Below, piece by piece: positions 35,208 to 43,448 of a stretch of DNA of 43,448 nucleotides; positions within the stretch are counted from its first letter, which is position 1, and each line of letters starts with the position of its first letter. The stretch is taken from positions 1 through 43,448 of the forward strand of contig BTVJ01000061.1 of NCBI GenBank assembly GCA_045863395.1. Direction: 5' to 3'. The position numbers and the translations under genes were made by a program. Source of the stretch: Myxococcales bacterium (GTDB lineage Bacteria > Myxococcota_A > UBA9042 > JABWCM01 > BTVJ01). The notes under the pieces were generated by a model, which was given only the letters and a program-made list of their open reading frames with translations, was not told where the DNA came from and searched no databases.

Positions 35208-35990
35208 ATGTCGCTGCTGCTGCACATCGAGAGGCGCGAGTACAAGTACCACATCGACGAGGAGATCGCCGACAGCATCCGCGCAGCCATCCTGCCCTTC
35301 TGCGAGCCGGACCCCTACGCCGCCGGGCGCCCCGGGGGCGAGTACACCATCGAGAGCCTGTACCTGGACACGGCGGACCTGGCGCTGCTCCGTGCCAACG
35401 AGACGGAGAACGTCGACCGCTTCAAGGTTCGCATCCGGACCTACCCCGGCACGCCTGGCGCGCCGCACTTCTTCGAGGTCAAGCGCAGGGTGAACGACGT
35501 GATCTCCAAGACCCGCGGCCGCGCCCCGGAGGGGTGGCGCGCCCTGCTGGAGGGCGTCGGGGCGCCGCTCCCCGACCGCGGGGGCAAGGAGGCTCGCGCC
35601 ATCGAGCGCTTCGTCACCCTGGTGCGCACCTACAACCTGCGCCCCCTCGTCATGGTGCGCTACGAGCGCGAGCCCTACGCGAGCACCATCGACGACTACG
35701 CACGCATCACCTTCGACCGGCGCATCCGGTCGCAGCTCGTGGAGGACCTGTCCTTCCAGACCGACGAGGGCGGCTGGCGCGCGTCGGACACGCCGGTGCT
35801 CGCCCGCCACCAGCGCTCCCCCCTGGTGCTGGAGCTCAAGTTCACGAACCGCCTGCCAAGCTGGATGATGCACGTGGTCCAGTCCCACGACCTCTGGCGC
35901 CGGTCCTTCTCCAAGTACGCGACCAGCGTCTACTCGTGGACGCTGCCGCCCACCGGGCGGCGCTCCACCCTGCGGCGGTTCGGATCCTGA
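35208..35990 (+). CDS. VTC (polyphosphate polymerase) domain protein, CYTH-like
   Basis: REYKY, YTIESLYLDT, RFKVRIRTY, FEVKRR, YEREPY, RITFD, VLELKF, FSKY. Confidence 0.88.
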   Translation: MSLLLHIERREYKYHIDEEIADSIRAAILPFCEPDPYAAGRPGGEYTIESLYLDTADLALLRANETENVDRFKVRIRTYPGTPGAPHFFEVKRRVNDVISKTRGRAPEGWRALLEGVGAPLPDRGGKEARAIERFVTLVRTYNLRPLVMVRYEREPYASTIDDYARITFDRRIRSQLVEDLSFQTDEGGWRASDTPVLARHQRSPLVLELKFTNRLPSWMMHVVQSHDLWRRSFSKYATSVYSWTLPPTGRRSTLRRFGS

Positions 35991-36074
35991 CCCGGCTGTT
36001 GCGCCCCGACGCCCTCCGGATCTACCCTGCGGCTCCCGCGCCTCCGCGGGCTGCACCCGAACCCGAGCCGCGCG

Positions 36075-38084
36075 ATGATGCACATCCCGTTCATTGACGA
36101 GCTCGCGATCATCGTGGCGGTGTCGGTGCTCGTCACGCTGGTCCTCGGGCGCGTGCGGCTGCCGGTGGTCGCCGGCCTCCTCGTCGCCGGCGCCATGGTC
36201 GGCCCGAATGCCCTCGCGCTCGTCAAGGTGACCGCGACCGTCGAGGCCATCGCAGAGATCGGCGTCGTCCTGCTGCTGTTCACCGTGGGTCTGGAGCTCC
36301 CCATGAACCGGCTCCGGCCCATCATCAAGCAGGTGGTGGTCGGTGGCACCCTCCAGATGGGCCTGACCATCGGGGCGACCGCCGGAGTGGCCCTCGCCCT
36401 GGGGGAGCCCCTGAGCCGCGCCCTGTTCTGGGGCTTCGTGGTCGCCATGTCCAGCACGGCGCTCGTGCTGCGCTCCCTCAACGAGCGCCGCGAGATCGAC
36501 GCCCCCCACGGGCGCTTCATCCTCGGCGTGCTCCTCTTCCAGGACCTGTCCGTGGTCCCCATGGTGCTCCTGGTGCCGCTGCTTGCCGCCCTGCCGGGCA
36601 CCGGCGACGGCCCTCCCATCGGCCTCGTCATGGTGGAGGCGGTGGTCGTCGTCGTCGCCGTGATCTTCGGCGCCCGGGCGCTCGTGCCACGGCTCCTGCG
36701 CCTCATCGACACCAGCCGCAGCCGCGAGGCCTTCCTGCTCGCCGTCCTGTCCCTGTGCATCGGCACGGCGTGGATCACCGCCCAGCTCGGGCTGTCCCTG
36801 GCGCTGGGCGCCTTCCTGGGCGGCGTGGTCGTCGCGGAGACCCAGTTCGCCCACCGCGCCCTGGCCGACGTGCTGCCCCTGCGCGACGCCTTCGTCAGCG
36901 TGTTCTTCGTGTCCCTGGGCATGCTCTTCGATCCGGGCGCCATCCTGAGTCATCCCCTGCTGTGCCTGGCCCTCTTTGCGGCCTTCGTACTCGGCAAAGG
37001 CGCCATCGCCACCCTCGCAGCCCTCGCCATGCGGTTCCCTCCGCGCGCCGCCTGGCTCGCGGGCGTCGGCCTGGCCCAGTTCAGCGAGTTCGGCTTCGTC
37101 CTCGCGCGGCTCGGGACCCACCACGGCGTCGCGAGTGACGACGCCATGCGGCCCGTCCTGGCCGCGGGCATCATGAGCATGTTCGTGACGCCGCTTCTGA
37201 TGCGCGGCGCGCCGCACATCCGCGCCGGCGAGCGGATCCTGGCGCCGCTGGCCCGCCTGCTCGGCGCCCGCAGCATCGCGGAGGCGGGCGTCGACACCCA
37301 CCGCATCACGAACCACGTCGTGATCATCGGGTACGGGCTGGGCGGGCAGCTCCTCGCGCGGGCGCTCAACGCCTCGGGCGTCCCGCACATCGTGCTGGAG
37401 CTCAACGAGGCGACGGTCCGGTCCGCGCGCAAGGCTGGCGAGCCCGTGTTCTACGCCGACGCGACCAGCCCCGAGGCGCTGACCCACGCCCACGTGGAGC
37501 GCGCGCGGGCCGCGGTGGTGCTGGTCAATGACGGGCCCGCGTCGGAGCGCATCGTGGACGCCGTCAAGCGAGCCGCGCCGGGGGTGCCGGTGCTGCTCCG
37601 CGCCCGCTACCACGCGGAGCGGGAGCGGCTCATGGGCATCGGCGCGACGGACGTGGTCTCGGAGGAGGTCGAGGCCGGCATCGAGATGCTCGCGCGGGTG
37701 CTCCGCCGCCTGGAGGTGCCGCGCAACTCCATCGACGGCCTCATCCGCGAGGCGCGGTCCGTCACCCAGAAGAGCGACCGCACGGTGACCATCCCCCGGC
37801 GGGTCCTGCCCGAGATCGACAGCCTCGGCGATCTCAAGATCGAGTGCGTGCTGCTCCACGGAGGGAGCCACGCGCTGGGGAGGACCATCGCCACGCTCCA
37901 GGTCCGGACGGCGACCGGCGCACTCATCGTGGCCCTCCGCCGGGACGGCGCCCTGCTCGACCACCCGGACCCGCACGCCCCGCTGCGGGAGGGCGACGTC
38001 GTCTACCTCGCGGGCACCGGGGAGGCCGTCCGCGCAGCCATGGAGTTGATGGACGAGCCACTGGACGCGACCCAGGCGGGGTGA
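36075..38084 (+). CDS. CPA2/Kef-type cation:proton antiporter with TrkA-N and TrkA-C domains
   Basis: AEIGVVLLLFTVGLE, MSSTA, LLFQD, LGAFLGG, FFVSLGM, QFSEFGFV; IIGYGLGG Rossmann motif; C-terminal RCK-C. Confidence 0.92.
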   Translation: MMHIPFIDELAIIVAVSVLVTLVLGRVRLPVVAGLLVAGAMVGPNALALVKVTATVEAIAEIGVVLLLFTVGLELPMNRLRPIIKQVVVGGTLQMGLTIGATAGVALALGEPLSRALFWGFVVAMSSTALVLRSLNERREIDAPHGRFILGVLLFQDLSVVPMVLLVPLLAALPGTGDGPPIGLVMVEAVVVVVAVIFGARALVPRLLRLIDTSRSREAFLLAVLSLCIGTAWITAQLGLSLALGAFLGGVVVAETQFAHRALADVLPLRDAFVSVFFVSLGMLFDPGAILSHPLLCLALFAAFVLGKGAIATLAALAMRFPPRAAWLAGVGLAQFSEFGFVLARLGTHHGVASDDAMRPVLAAGIMSMFVTPLLMRGAPHIRAGERILAPLARLLGARSIAEAGVDTHRITNHVVIIGYGLGGQLLARALNASGVPHIVLELNEATVRSARKAGEPVFYADATSPEALTHAHVERARAAVVLVNDGPASERIVDAVKRAAPGVPVLLRARYHAERERLMGIGATDVVSEEVEAGIEMLARVLRRLEVPRNSIDGLIREARSVTQKSDRTVTIPRRVLPEIDSLGDLKIECVLLHGGSHALGRTIATLQVRTATGALIVALRRDGALLDHPDPHAPLREGDVVYLAGTGEAVRAAMELMDEPLDATQAG

Positions 38085-38137
38085 CAGAGGTGGGGTCTGA
38101 ATCGGTGGACGGTGTTGCGGGCAACCGCCGCTTCCGC

Positions 38138-38166
38138 TCGACGCCGTGGCGGTGACCGCCTAGAAT
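38138..38166 (+). promoter_or_regulatory. Putative leaderless sigma70 promoter for the GH31-GH15 operon
   Basis: TCGACG-17 nt-TAGAAT, with ATG 8 nt downstream and no SD. Confidence 0.55.
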
Positions 38167-38174
38167 CCGGGCCC

Positions 38175-40979
38175 ATGAAGAAGCTCGCCCCGCTGCTGCT
38201 CCCGCTCGCCCTCTGGGGCTGCGGTGTCGACGCCACCACCACCCCCGCGGGAGACGCCCTGGATGCGGCCGGGAGCGTCGACACCGTCACTGCCTCCGAG
38301 ACCGCCCCGGGCAACGACGCAGTGGCTGACGCCCCCGACGCGAGCGACCCGATCGACGGGGACACCGCCTCCGGGGAACCAGCGGACGCGGTGGACCCGG
38401 TGGACGGAGCCGACGCGGCGCTGGACGGAGCCGACGCAGGTCACGAGCCGCTGGCGTGCACTCCCGGGCTGGCTGGGACCGGAGCCCCGGTCACCGCTGT
38501 GATCAACGGCTTCACCGTGAGCGTGAACCCGGTGGACGGCTCCTGGAGCGTCGCGCCCCCGGGCACGCCGTCGCCGGCCCTGTCCGGCCCGGGCACCTGC
38601 GCCGACGGGCTCCCGGCGCTGCGAGCCAGCGTGGGCGCTCCGTTCGTGCTCCTGGGCTTCGGCGCATTCCAGATCCGCCTGGAGGGCCCGGACGCCGAGG
38701 CGCAGTGGTTCCCGGTCACCGGGGAGCCGCCGGCGGTCGCGCTGGAGGGTGCCGAGCTGGTCGCCCGCTACCCCTCGCACCTGGGCACGACCCTCGACCT
38801 GCGCTTCCGCCCTGTCGGCGCCCTGGATCTGGGCATCGCCCTGGAGACCACCGCGGACGTGGACGGCGGCGAGGTGCTGATGGCGGCGAGCCCGACGGAG
38901 GCCTGGTTCGGGCTCGGCACGCAGGTCACGGGCATGGACCTGCGCGGCGGCGTCTACCCGCTGTGGACCCAGGAGCAGGGCATCTCCAAGCCCCCCGGGG
39001 GCGGGCTCTTCCCCCTGGCAAACATCCCCGAGGCGGCCTACGCGCCCATGGGGGTGCTCCACTCCTCGGCCGGCTGGTCGGCGGTGCTGGACACCGACAC
39101 CTACGCGGAGGTGGACCTGGGCAAGACCAGGGAGGACCGCCTCGCGCTGCGCACCTACGCGCACCTGCCCGCCCTCGTGCTGGTGCCGGGCGCGACGCCG
39201 AAGGAGCGGGTCTCGGCCATCACCCGCTACACCGGGCGCCCGCCGCTGGTCCCGGCCTGGCAGTTGGGCCCCTGGAACGATGCCGTCGGCGGCCCGGACC
39301 GCCTGCACGAGGTGGCAGCGCTCCTGCGAGTCAACGAGATTCCCTCGAGCGCCATCTGGTCCGAGGACTGGATCGGCGGCGACCAGGGCCCCAACGGCTT
39401 CCGCCTGAGCTATGCCTGGGCCTGGGACCCGGAGACCTACCCGGACCTGCCCGCGGACATCCAGTGGCTCCACGGTCAGGGCTTCGCGTTCCTGGCCTAC
39501 TTCAACCCCTTCGTGCCCGAGCCCACCGCCATGTGGGCAGAGGGCGTGGCCGGCGGGTGGCTGGTCAAGGACGCGGGGGGGGAGGTCTACGACTTCCTGG
39601 ATCCGGCGTTTCGGAATGCGGGGCTGGTCGACCTCTCCAACCCCGGCGCGCGGGAGTGGCTGAAGGGCTACCTGCGGACGGCCGCAGGGACTTTGGGCAT
39701 CGACGGGTGGATGGCGGACTTCGCCGAGTGGCTGCCTCACGACGCGGTGCTCCACGACGGCCGCAGCGGCTGGGAGGCGCACAACACCTACCCGCTGGAG
39801 TGGCAGCGGGCCAACGTGGAGGCCATGGAGGACGTGCATGGGGGCGGCCCCGAGACCGGCTGGACCTTCTTCGTGCGCAGCGGCTGGGCCTCGACGAGCG
39901 GGGGCACGGCGGGGATCGCGCCCTCCCTGTGGGCCGGCGACCAGAACACCAACTGGGCGCTCGACGACGGCCTGCCGACGGTGCTGCCCATCGCGGCGCA
40001 CGTGGGGCTGTGCGGGGTGTCCATGTTCGGCTCGGACATCGCCGGCTACACGTCGGTGGGGGTGCCCAACACCACCAAGGAGCTGTTCTTCCGGTGGGCG
40101 TCGCTGGGCGCCTTCCACCCGCTGATGCGCACCCACCACGGCTCGGACGAGTGCGGGAACTGGTCCTTCGAGCGGGACGGCGAGACGCTGGCCCACTACC
40201 GCCGCATGGCCGTGCTCCACACGCTGCTCTACCCGCTCTTCGCGGCGCTGGCCGCGGAGGCGTCTGCCACCGGCCTGCCCATCACCCGCCACCCCTGGCT
40301 GGTGGAGCCCGAGCGCCCTGCCCTGCTCGCGGGACCCTACCAGGTGTTCCTCGGAGACGACGTAGTCGTGGCCCCGGTCCTCGAGGAGGGGACCGTGGAG
40401 CGCGAGGTTCGCCTCCCCGGATCCGGGTGGTGGCCGCTGCTCGGCTGGGCGCCGGTGGACGGGGTGGAGAGTGGGGGAGTCTACGTTCACATGGCGGCGG
40501 CGGGTCCGGCGGAGATCCCGGTGTTCGTGCGCCCGGGCACCGTGCTGCCCCTGCTCGGCGATCCGGTGGACTCCTTCTATGGTTCGACGGACGTGTCGGT
40601 GACGACGCTGGAGGACGTGGAGGGACGCTACCGTGCCGCCCTCTACCCCACGGCACAGGGCGACGCCGGCCCGGCCACGGTGGGCTCGGCCACGGTGGCA
40701 GCCGTGGATCTCCCGGCAGCGGTCGACTGGGCGACGGCCACGGTGGGGGGCCCTGTCGCGGAGTGCGGGTCCGAGCAGCCCGGCGCCCACTGTGTAGATG
40801 GCGACACGCTGGTGGTGCGAGGTCCCGCGGTCGTAGCGGTGGGGGGCGGGACCGTGACGGTGGAGGGCCCACCCACCCAGGAGACGCGCCTGGGAGTGGG
40901 CGGCGCCACGTTCGGAGAGTGGGCAACGCCCACGGTGGTGACCGACCTGGACCCGGACATCCCGCCACCGTGTGAGTGA
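38175..40979 (+). CDS. Glycoside hydrolase family 31 lipoprotein (YihQ/sulfoquinovosidase-like subgroup)
   Basis: LWGC lipobox; WTQEQG, WSEDW, GWMADFAE (nucleophile Asp), HNTYP, WAGDQ (acid/base), SDIAGY, MRTHHG. Confidence 0.88.
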   Translation: MKKLAPLLLPLALWGCGVDATTTPAGDALDAAGSVDTVTASETAPGNDAVADAPDASDPIDGDTASGEPADAVDPVDGADAALDGADAGHEPLACTPGLAGTGAPVTAVINGFTVSVNPVDGSWSVAPPGTPSPALSGPGTCADGLPALRASVGAPFVLLGFGAFQIRLEGPDAEAQWFPVTGEPPAVALEGAELVARYPSHLGTTLDLRFRPVGALDLGIALETTADVDGGEVLMAASPTEAWFGLGTQVTGMDLRGGVYPLWTQEQGISKPPGGGLFPLANIPEAAYAPMGVLHSSAGWSAVLDTDTYAEVDLGKTREDRLALRTYAHLPALVLVPGATPKERVSAITRYTGRPPLVPAWQLGPWNDAVGGPDRLHEVAALLRVNEIPSSAIWSEDWIGGDQGPNGFRLSYAWAWDPETYPDLPADIQWLHGQGFAFLAYFNPFVPEPTAMWAEGVAGGWLVKDAGGEVYDFLDPAFRNAGLVDLSNPGAREWLKGYLRTAAGTLGIDGWMADFAEWLPHDAVLHDGRSGWEAHNTYPLEWQRANVEAMEDVHGGGPETGWTFFVRSGWASTSGGTAGIAPSLWAGDQNTNWALDDGLPTVLPIAAHVGLCGVSMFGSDIAGYTSVGVPNTTKELFFRWASLGAFHPLMRTHHGSDECGNWSFERDGETLAHYRRMAVLHTLLYPLFAALAAEASATGLPITRHPWLVEPERPALLAGPYQVFLGDDVVVAPVLEEGTVEREVRLPGSGWWPLLGWAPVDGVESGGVYVHMAAAGPAEIPVFVRPGTVLPLLGDPVDSFYGSTDVSVTTLEDVEGRYRAALYPTAQGDAGPATVGSATVAAVDLPAAVDWATATVGGPVAECGSEQPGAHCVDGDTLVVRGPAVVAVGGGTVTVEGPPTQETRLGVGGATFGEWATPTVVTDLDPDIPPPCE

Positions 40980-40983
40980 CCCC

Positions 40984-43380
40984 ATGCGAACCGCGGTTGC
41001 CGCGCCCTTCATCGCGCTCCTCAGCGCACTCTCGGCCGCCGCCGCCGGCGCCGTCGCGCCCCACGCGAGCTGGACGTCTCTGCCCGTCTCCAACGGCTAC
41101 GGCGTCGCGGTCTACGACACGGCGCTGCGCCGGCTGACCACCTTCAGCCCCCACCTCTACCAGCAGTGGGACGAAACCATCATTACGCCGGATCTGCTCT
41201 ACGACGCCTGGTGGGGGGTGCGCATCGACGGGGTGGGCACGTGGCTGAACACGGTGGCGCCATCGTCGGTGGAGGTCCTGGAGGGCACGGGCATCGTGCG
41301 CGTGATCACCCACGCGGGGCCGGTGAAGGTCACCGCGTGGGTGTGGGCGCCTTTCGGAGTCGAGGCACCGGCGGTGGCCCTGACGGCCCGCGCCGAGGTC
41401 ACCGACGGGGCCACCCACCAGGTGGGACTCTACTCGCTGCACAACTTCCACGTGGGCGGGACGGCGTCCCAGCCGGGAGCGAGCGGGGAGTCAGCCACCT
41501 GGGACGAGGCCTCGGGCTCGTTCACTGAGACGGGACCGTCGGGGTACGCGATCCACGCCATCGCGCTGGCCCCCCCGACCCACCACGGGCTGAGCCCCGA
41601 CAACCCCTACGCGGCGCTGCTGGCGGGCAAGGACCTGAGCGACGGCGCCGCGAGCGGCACCATGGACGACGTGGTGACGGGGCTCCAGTGGGAGGCGACG
41701 CTGGCACCTGGCGGGGCGCTGGAGGCGGGCGTCCTGCTGACGACGGGCGATGCCCTCGCGTGGGCAAAGGGGGGGCCGGCGGCGCTGCTGGCGCAGGAGC
41801 AGGCGCTGTGGTCGGGCTGGGTGGGGGCGCTGCCTCCCTTCGCCGTGTCCAAGCCCGCGTGGGAGCAGCTCGCGCGCCGCGTCCTGCCGACCCTGCGCAT
41901 GGCCCAGGTGCGCGAGCCCAACGGCCCGGGCGGCACCCCCCACGGGCAGATCCTGGCGAGCATGCCGCCCGGCCAGTGGAACATCGCGTGGGTGCGGGAC
42001 GGGGCCTACGCCATCACGGCGCTCGCGCGGACCGGGCACCTCGCTGAGGCCCGCGCCGCGCTGGACTTCTTCTACGACGGCAAGGCCGGTGACTACGCGG
42101 ACCTGGTGGGTCACCCCTACGCGGTGTCGGTCTGCCGCTACTACGGCAACGGCCGGGAGTGGAGCGACGGCGGGGAGACTCCGGCGGGTCCCAACATCGA
42201 GTACGACAACTTCGGCCTGCTGCTGTGGGCGACCCGGGCATGGGTGGACGCCTCCGGGGACGACGCGTGGCTGTCGGCGCGGTGGGCGACCCTCTCCGAG
42301 GGGGTGGCCGACGTGCTGGTGGCGCTGCTTGACCCGGCGACGGGGCTGCTCCCGGCGGACTCCTCCATCTGGGAGCACCACTGGAACGGCAACCAGAAGC
42401 GCTTCGCCTACACCCACGTCACCGCGGCGCGGGGCTTGTGCGACGCGGCGGCGCTGGCGGCGCGGGTGGGCGATGGAGCGCGCGCCGCGGCCTACGCCGA
42501 GGCGGCGCACACCCTGCGGGCGTCCCTTCTGTCAGAGTACGTCATGCCCGGGGGCGGGCTGGCGGGCAACCTCGACGAGCCGCCTTCACTGGCGGTGGAC
42601 GCCAGCGCCATCGAGGCAATCCCGCTGGGGCTCATTCCACCGGGCGGGCAGGTGGCGACCGCGACCCTCTCCCTGCTCGACACCCTCGCGATGAAGGTCA
42701 CGGGCCACGGCTACAAGCGCAACGACGACCTGGACTGGTATGACCGCCAGGAGTGGGTCTTCATCGACCTGCGGGTGGCGCTTGCCCGGCGCCTCCGAGG
42801 CGAGCACGCCCAGGCGGACGCGCTCCTCGACTGGGTCGCGTCCCAGTCCCTGCTGAACCATGGCCTGGTCGCAGAGCTCTACGAGGAGACCACCGCGGAC
42901 TACGAGGGCGCCGTCCCCATGGCGGGCTACGGCGCGGGCGCGTGGCTGCTGGCGCTCCTCGAGACTGCACCGGAGCCCTTCGACTCCCTGTGCCCGGCTC
43001 CCTCCCAACCTGCCGAAGACGTTGGAGGCGCAGACGCAGGCGACGCGGGCGAGATTGGCGTCGACGCGGCGAGCCACGCAGACGTGGGGCAGACTGCGGG
43101 CGACGCCAGCGGAGACTCACAGGCCACGGACGACGCCAGCGCCGAACGCGACGCGTCGCCCGAGGACGGCGCGGAGGCCCATGCAGGGGTCACGGACACC
43201 ACGGCCCACGACGCCTCGACCACAGACACCGCAGACACGCCCGGTGACGCCGCCGGCTCGCCCCGGTCCTCCGGTGGAGGCTGCGCGGTCGGCCCCGGAC
43301 CACCAGCGTCGCTGCTCCTGCTGGGGTCAAGTATACTCATATCTCATATGGCCAGGCAGCGACGGCGACGACGGGGGTGA
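40984..43380 (+). CDS. GH15-like (glucoamylase-type six-hairpin) glycosidase with a MYXO-CTERM-like anchor
   Basis: Signal peptide; WNIAWVRDG, NIEYDNFG, DSSIWE, AELY motifs; acidic linker, then SSGGGCAV + hydrophobic stretch + RRRRR. Confidence 0.82.
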   Translation: MRTAVAAPFIALLSALSAAAAGAVAPHASWTSLPVSNGYGVAVYDTALRRLTTFSPHLYQQWDETIITPDLLYDAWWGVRIDGVGTWLNTVAPSSVEVLEGTGIVRVITHAGPVKVTAWVWAPFGVEAPAVALTARAEVTDGATHQVGLYSLHNFHVGGTASQPGASGESATWDEASGSFTETGPSGYAIHAIALAPPTHHGLSPDNPYAALLAGKDLSDGAASGTMDDVVTGLQWEATLAPGGALEAGVLLTTGDALAWAKGGPAALLAQEQALWSGWVGALPPFAVSKPAWEQLARRVLPTLRMAQVREPNGPGGTPHGQILASMPPGQWNIAWVRDGAYAITALARTGHLAEARAALDFFYDGKAGDYADLVGHPYAVSVCRYYGNGREWSDGGETPAGPNIEYDNFGLLLWATRAWVDASGDDAWLSARWATLSEGVADVLVALLDPATGLLPADSSIWEHHWNGNQKRFAYTHVTAARGLCDAAALAARVGDGARAAAYAEAAHTLRASLLSEYVMPGGGLAGNLDEPPSLAVDASAIEAIPLGLIPPGGQVATATLSLLDTLAMKVTGHGYKRNDDLDWYDRQEWVFIDLRVALARRLRGEHAQADALLDWVASQSLLNHGLVAELYEETTADYEGAVPMAGYGAGAWLLALLETAPEPFDSLCPAPSQPAEDVGGADAGDAGEIGVDAASHADVGQTAGDASGDSQATDDASAERDASPEDGAEAHAGVTDTTAHDASTTDTADTPGDAAGSPRSSGGGCAVGPGPPASLLLLGSSILISHMARQRRRRRG

Positions 43381-43448
43381 GGTCGTAGACAAAGAAAAGG
43401 GTGGGGGCCCCGCAAAATAGGTAATGTGAGAACTTTGGCCCCCCCCCC

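Noticed and set aside
34902..41093. Long antisense ORFs (e.g. 34902-37976, 38160-41093) and other alternate-frame ORFs such as 3056-5494 and 23338-26226
   Set aside because: Shadow ORFs expected in high-GC DNA. They overlap motif-supported genes and have no recognisable domains.
43439..43448. Terminal poly-C run as a functional element
   Set aside because: It is at the window edge and may be truncated or an artefact.

Overview
Very GC-rich bacterial DNA, probably Myxococcota or a related deltaproteobacterial lineage (inferred from a MYXO-CTERM-like tail, Cys-rich repeat surface proteins and many lipoproteins). About 30 genes; no rRNA, tRNA, CRISPR array or intact mobile element seen. In order: a 5'-truncated Cys-rich surface protein ending in a lamin-tail domain and a c-type heme domain; a PAS-GGDEF-EAL protein; a small lipoprotein; a membrane protein; phosphofructokinase; hydrolase, acyltransferase, apaH and nth; a degenerate 5'-nucleotidase fused to a predicted beta-barrel; a tetraether-synthase (Tes)-like radical SAM protein; a circularly permuted ATP-grasp / alpha-E / (Ntn-amidotransferase + transglutaminase fusion) locus; a TerY-PP2C-kinase triad whose kinase carries a TM helix and ankyrin repeats; a hybrid PAS histidine kinase; a decaying accessory patch (disrupted C-type lectin lipoprotein, bulb-lectin lipoprotein, HsdR-S24 remnant, possible HEPN remnant, MazEF-type TA); ClC-CBS, DUF1304, VTC and Kef-type antiporter genes; and a surface GH31 + GH15 pair. 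Best candidates for something undescribed: the ATP-grasp locus whose Ntn domain lacks its N-terminal Cys, the Tes-like enzyme lacking its N-terminal auxiliary cluster motif, the pseudo-nucleotidase-barrel fusion, and the ankyrin-receptor TerY-P variant. All calls come from motif recognition by eye; no searches were run.
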